Assembly: GCA_045560765.1 (NCBI GenBank)
Contig: JBJKZD010000013.1
Location: forward strand, 77,559 to 141,558
Direction of reading: 5' to 3'
Length of the DNA stretch: 64,000 nt
DNA from: Candidatus Azotimanducaceae bacterium
GTDB lineage: Bacteria; Pseudomonadota; Gammaproteobacteria; Pseudomonadales; Azotimanducaceae
This document shows positions 63,026-64,000 of this stretch, in pieces; the first letter of the stretch is position 1, and each line of letters begins with the position of its first letter. Under the pieces are notes generated by a model. It ran no database searches. It was not told the origin of the DNA and was given only the letters and a program-made list of their open reading frames with translations. Both the position numbers and the translations under genes were made by a program.

Positions 63026-64000
63026 CTACCTTTTAGGCCTGACCCGAGCGAGGAAATCGTTCAAAAAAATGCCTCGAGGATCAAGATGGTCTCTTAGTCT
63101 CCACCAGTCCCGCCACTTAGGGTAAAGACGCGCCAAGTTCTCGCCATCAAGATAGTGCACTTTGCCCCAATGAGGTCGACCTTGATAAGCCTTGAAAATA
63201 GATTCACACGCGGCGTAATAGTCAGACTCATCAGCTCTGACGTCCTGGTGCACCGAGATCGTCACGGTCTCCCGCCTGTAAGCATTTGAAAGCCAGGCGT
63301 CGTCCTGGGCCAAGGTGCGATATTCGACAGGCCATTGCACTTCTGTAAACGTATTCATTAACAAATCACGAATTTCTGCAAAGCAAGCAGGACCATCAGC
63401 CGCAGCGACGGAGTACTCCATTTCAGTGTGAAGGTGAGGTCTATGGTTCGGCAGAACTTCATAGTTCCAGCCGCATCGCTCGCCTTCTTTAGCGATTGGG
63501 TATTCTGGTGCATCATCAGTCTCGGCCATGGTCTTGACCAACCCCTGGTCTTGTCTCGGTTGCCAAAAAAACTCAAATCGCTCGTGTGTTTGCATCATTT
63601 GGTGAAGATTCGCTACCAACTCATCCCCCGTCCGCTGGAAACTCACCTCACGCAGCTTGAAGGCCTCGCGACAATTCATTTCGATCTCTGTGACCACACC
63701 GAAAGCCCCAAGCCCGACTTTAACCGCGTCAAAATCCTCCCCAAGACTGTCTCTGGAGAGCTCCCTTAGGCATCCCTCACCATCGATCAATTGCACGGAT
63801 TCAATATTCGCGGATAAATTCTGAAGTGCGCGTCCTGACCCATGCGTCCCTGTTGCGCAAGCCCCCCCTAAACTTTGACGATCAATATCGCCTTGGTTTC
63901 TAAGGGCCAATCCTGAGCTATGAAGCGCCTGGCCCAAGGTGTAAATCGGTGTTCCAGCGCTGATTCTTGCCCGTTGGTGATGGACATCCGTGTTTTTCAC
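63026..64000 (-). CDS. FAD-linked aldonolactone oxidase/dehydrogenase (D-arabinono-1,4-lactone / L-gulonolactone oxidase family), C-terminal part; 5' end outside the window
   Basis: GGACATGTHGSG (FAD-binding PCMH domain end) and a C-terminal ALO-domain pattern ...HWGK..Y.... The ORF is open to the window edge. Confidence 0.75.
   Translation of the reverse strand: MKNTDVHHQRARISAGTPIYTLGQALHSSGLALRNQGDIDRQSLGGACATGTHGSGRALQNLSANIESVQLIDGEGCLRELSRDSLGEDFDAVKVGLGAFGVVTEIEMNCREAFKLREVSFQRTGDELVANLHQMMQTHERFEFFWQPRQDQGLVKTMAETDDAPEYPIAKEGERCGWNYEVLPNHRPHLHTEMEYSVAAADGPACFAEIRDLLMNTFTEVQWPVEYRTLAQDDAWLSNAYRRETVTISVHQDVRADESDYYAACESIFKAYQGRPHWGKVHYLDGENLARLYPKWRDWWRLRDHLDPRGIFLNDFLARVRPKR

Overview
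The window looks like a 64-kb chromosomal stretch from a Gram-negative heterotroph, probably a marine gammaproteobacterium. That inference rests on gene content: an RpoH with the QRKLFFNLR box, feoAB, nhaB, several TonB-dependent receptors, and many acyl-CoA genes. GC looks roughly 50% by eye. I support about 55 protein-coding genes, tightly packed on both strands. I found no rRNA, tRNA, IS element, integrase, prophage or CRISPR array.

Gene content is dominated by acyl-CoA and lipid or xenobiotic oxidation:
- 2 family-III CoA-transferases, 1 acyl-CoA synthetase and 2 crotonases
- 1 acyl-CoA dehydrogenase with an adjacent APH-type kinase
- 5 SDRs, 2 membrane desaturases and 1 Baeyer-Villiger monooxygenase
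- 1 TauD-type dioxygenase and 1 carotenoid-cleavage oxygenase

The rest is transport (FeoAB, Nramp, NhaB, POT, APC, CaCA, two vitamin-type TonB receptors, a PnuC-family transporter) and housekeeping (glcB, nei, an RNase J-like gene, rpoH).

Main non-routine observations:
1. An OsmC-family gene is interrupted by a single in-frame TGA at the position of the catalytic Cys. A SECIS-like hairpin with a GGUC loop follows at the E. coli fdhF spacing, so this is a candidate selenoprotein.
2. A TPP riboswitch precedes a TonB receptor. A PnuT-like transporter follows on the same strand and is translationally coupled to an uncharacterised secreted protein.
3. A cobalamin riboswitch precedes btuB.
4. Three genes (amidase, CaCA antiporter, SDR) each carry a 1-nt insertion in a short homopolymer.
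5. Two intergenic tandem arrays have an identical 17-bp period and a shared A(A/G)GAAAGT core. A third array has a 15-bp period.
6. rpoH is followed on the same strand by a DUF169 gene and a Cys-rich zinc-ribbon-like gene.
7. An ACAD / APH-kinase / SDR module resembles lva and ACAD10/11 4-hydroxyacyl-CoA chemistry.

One real ORF at the left edge (NPP / alkaline phosphatase family) is missing from the supplied ORF track.
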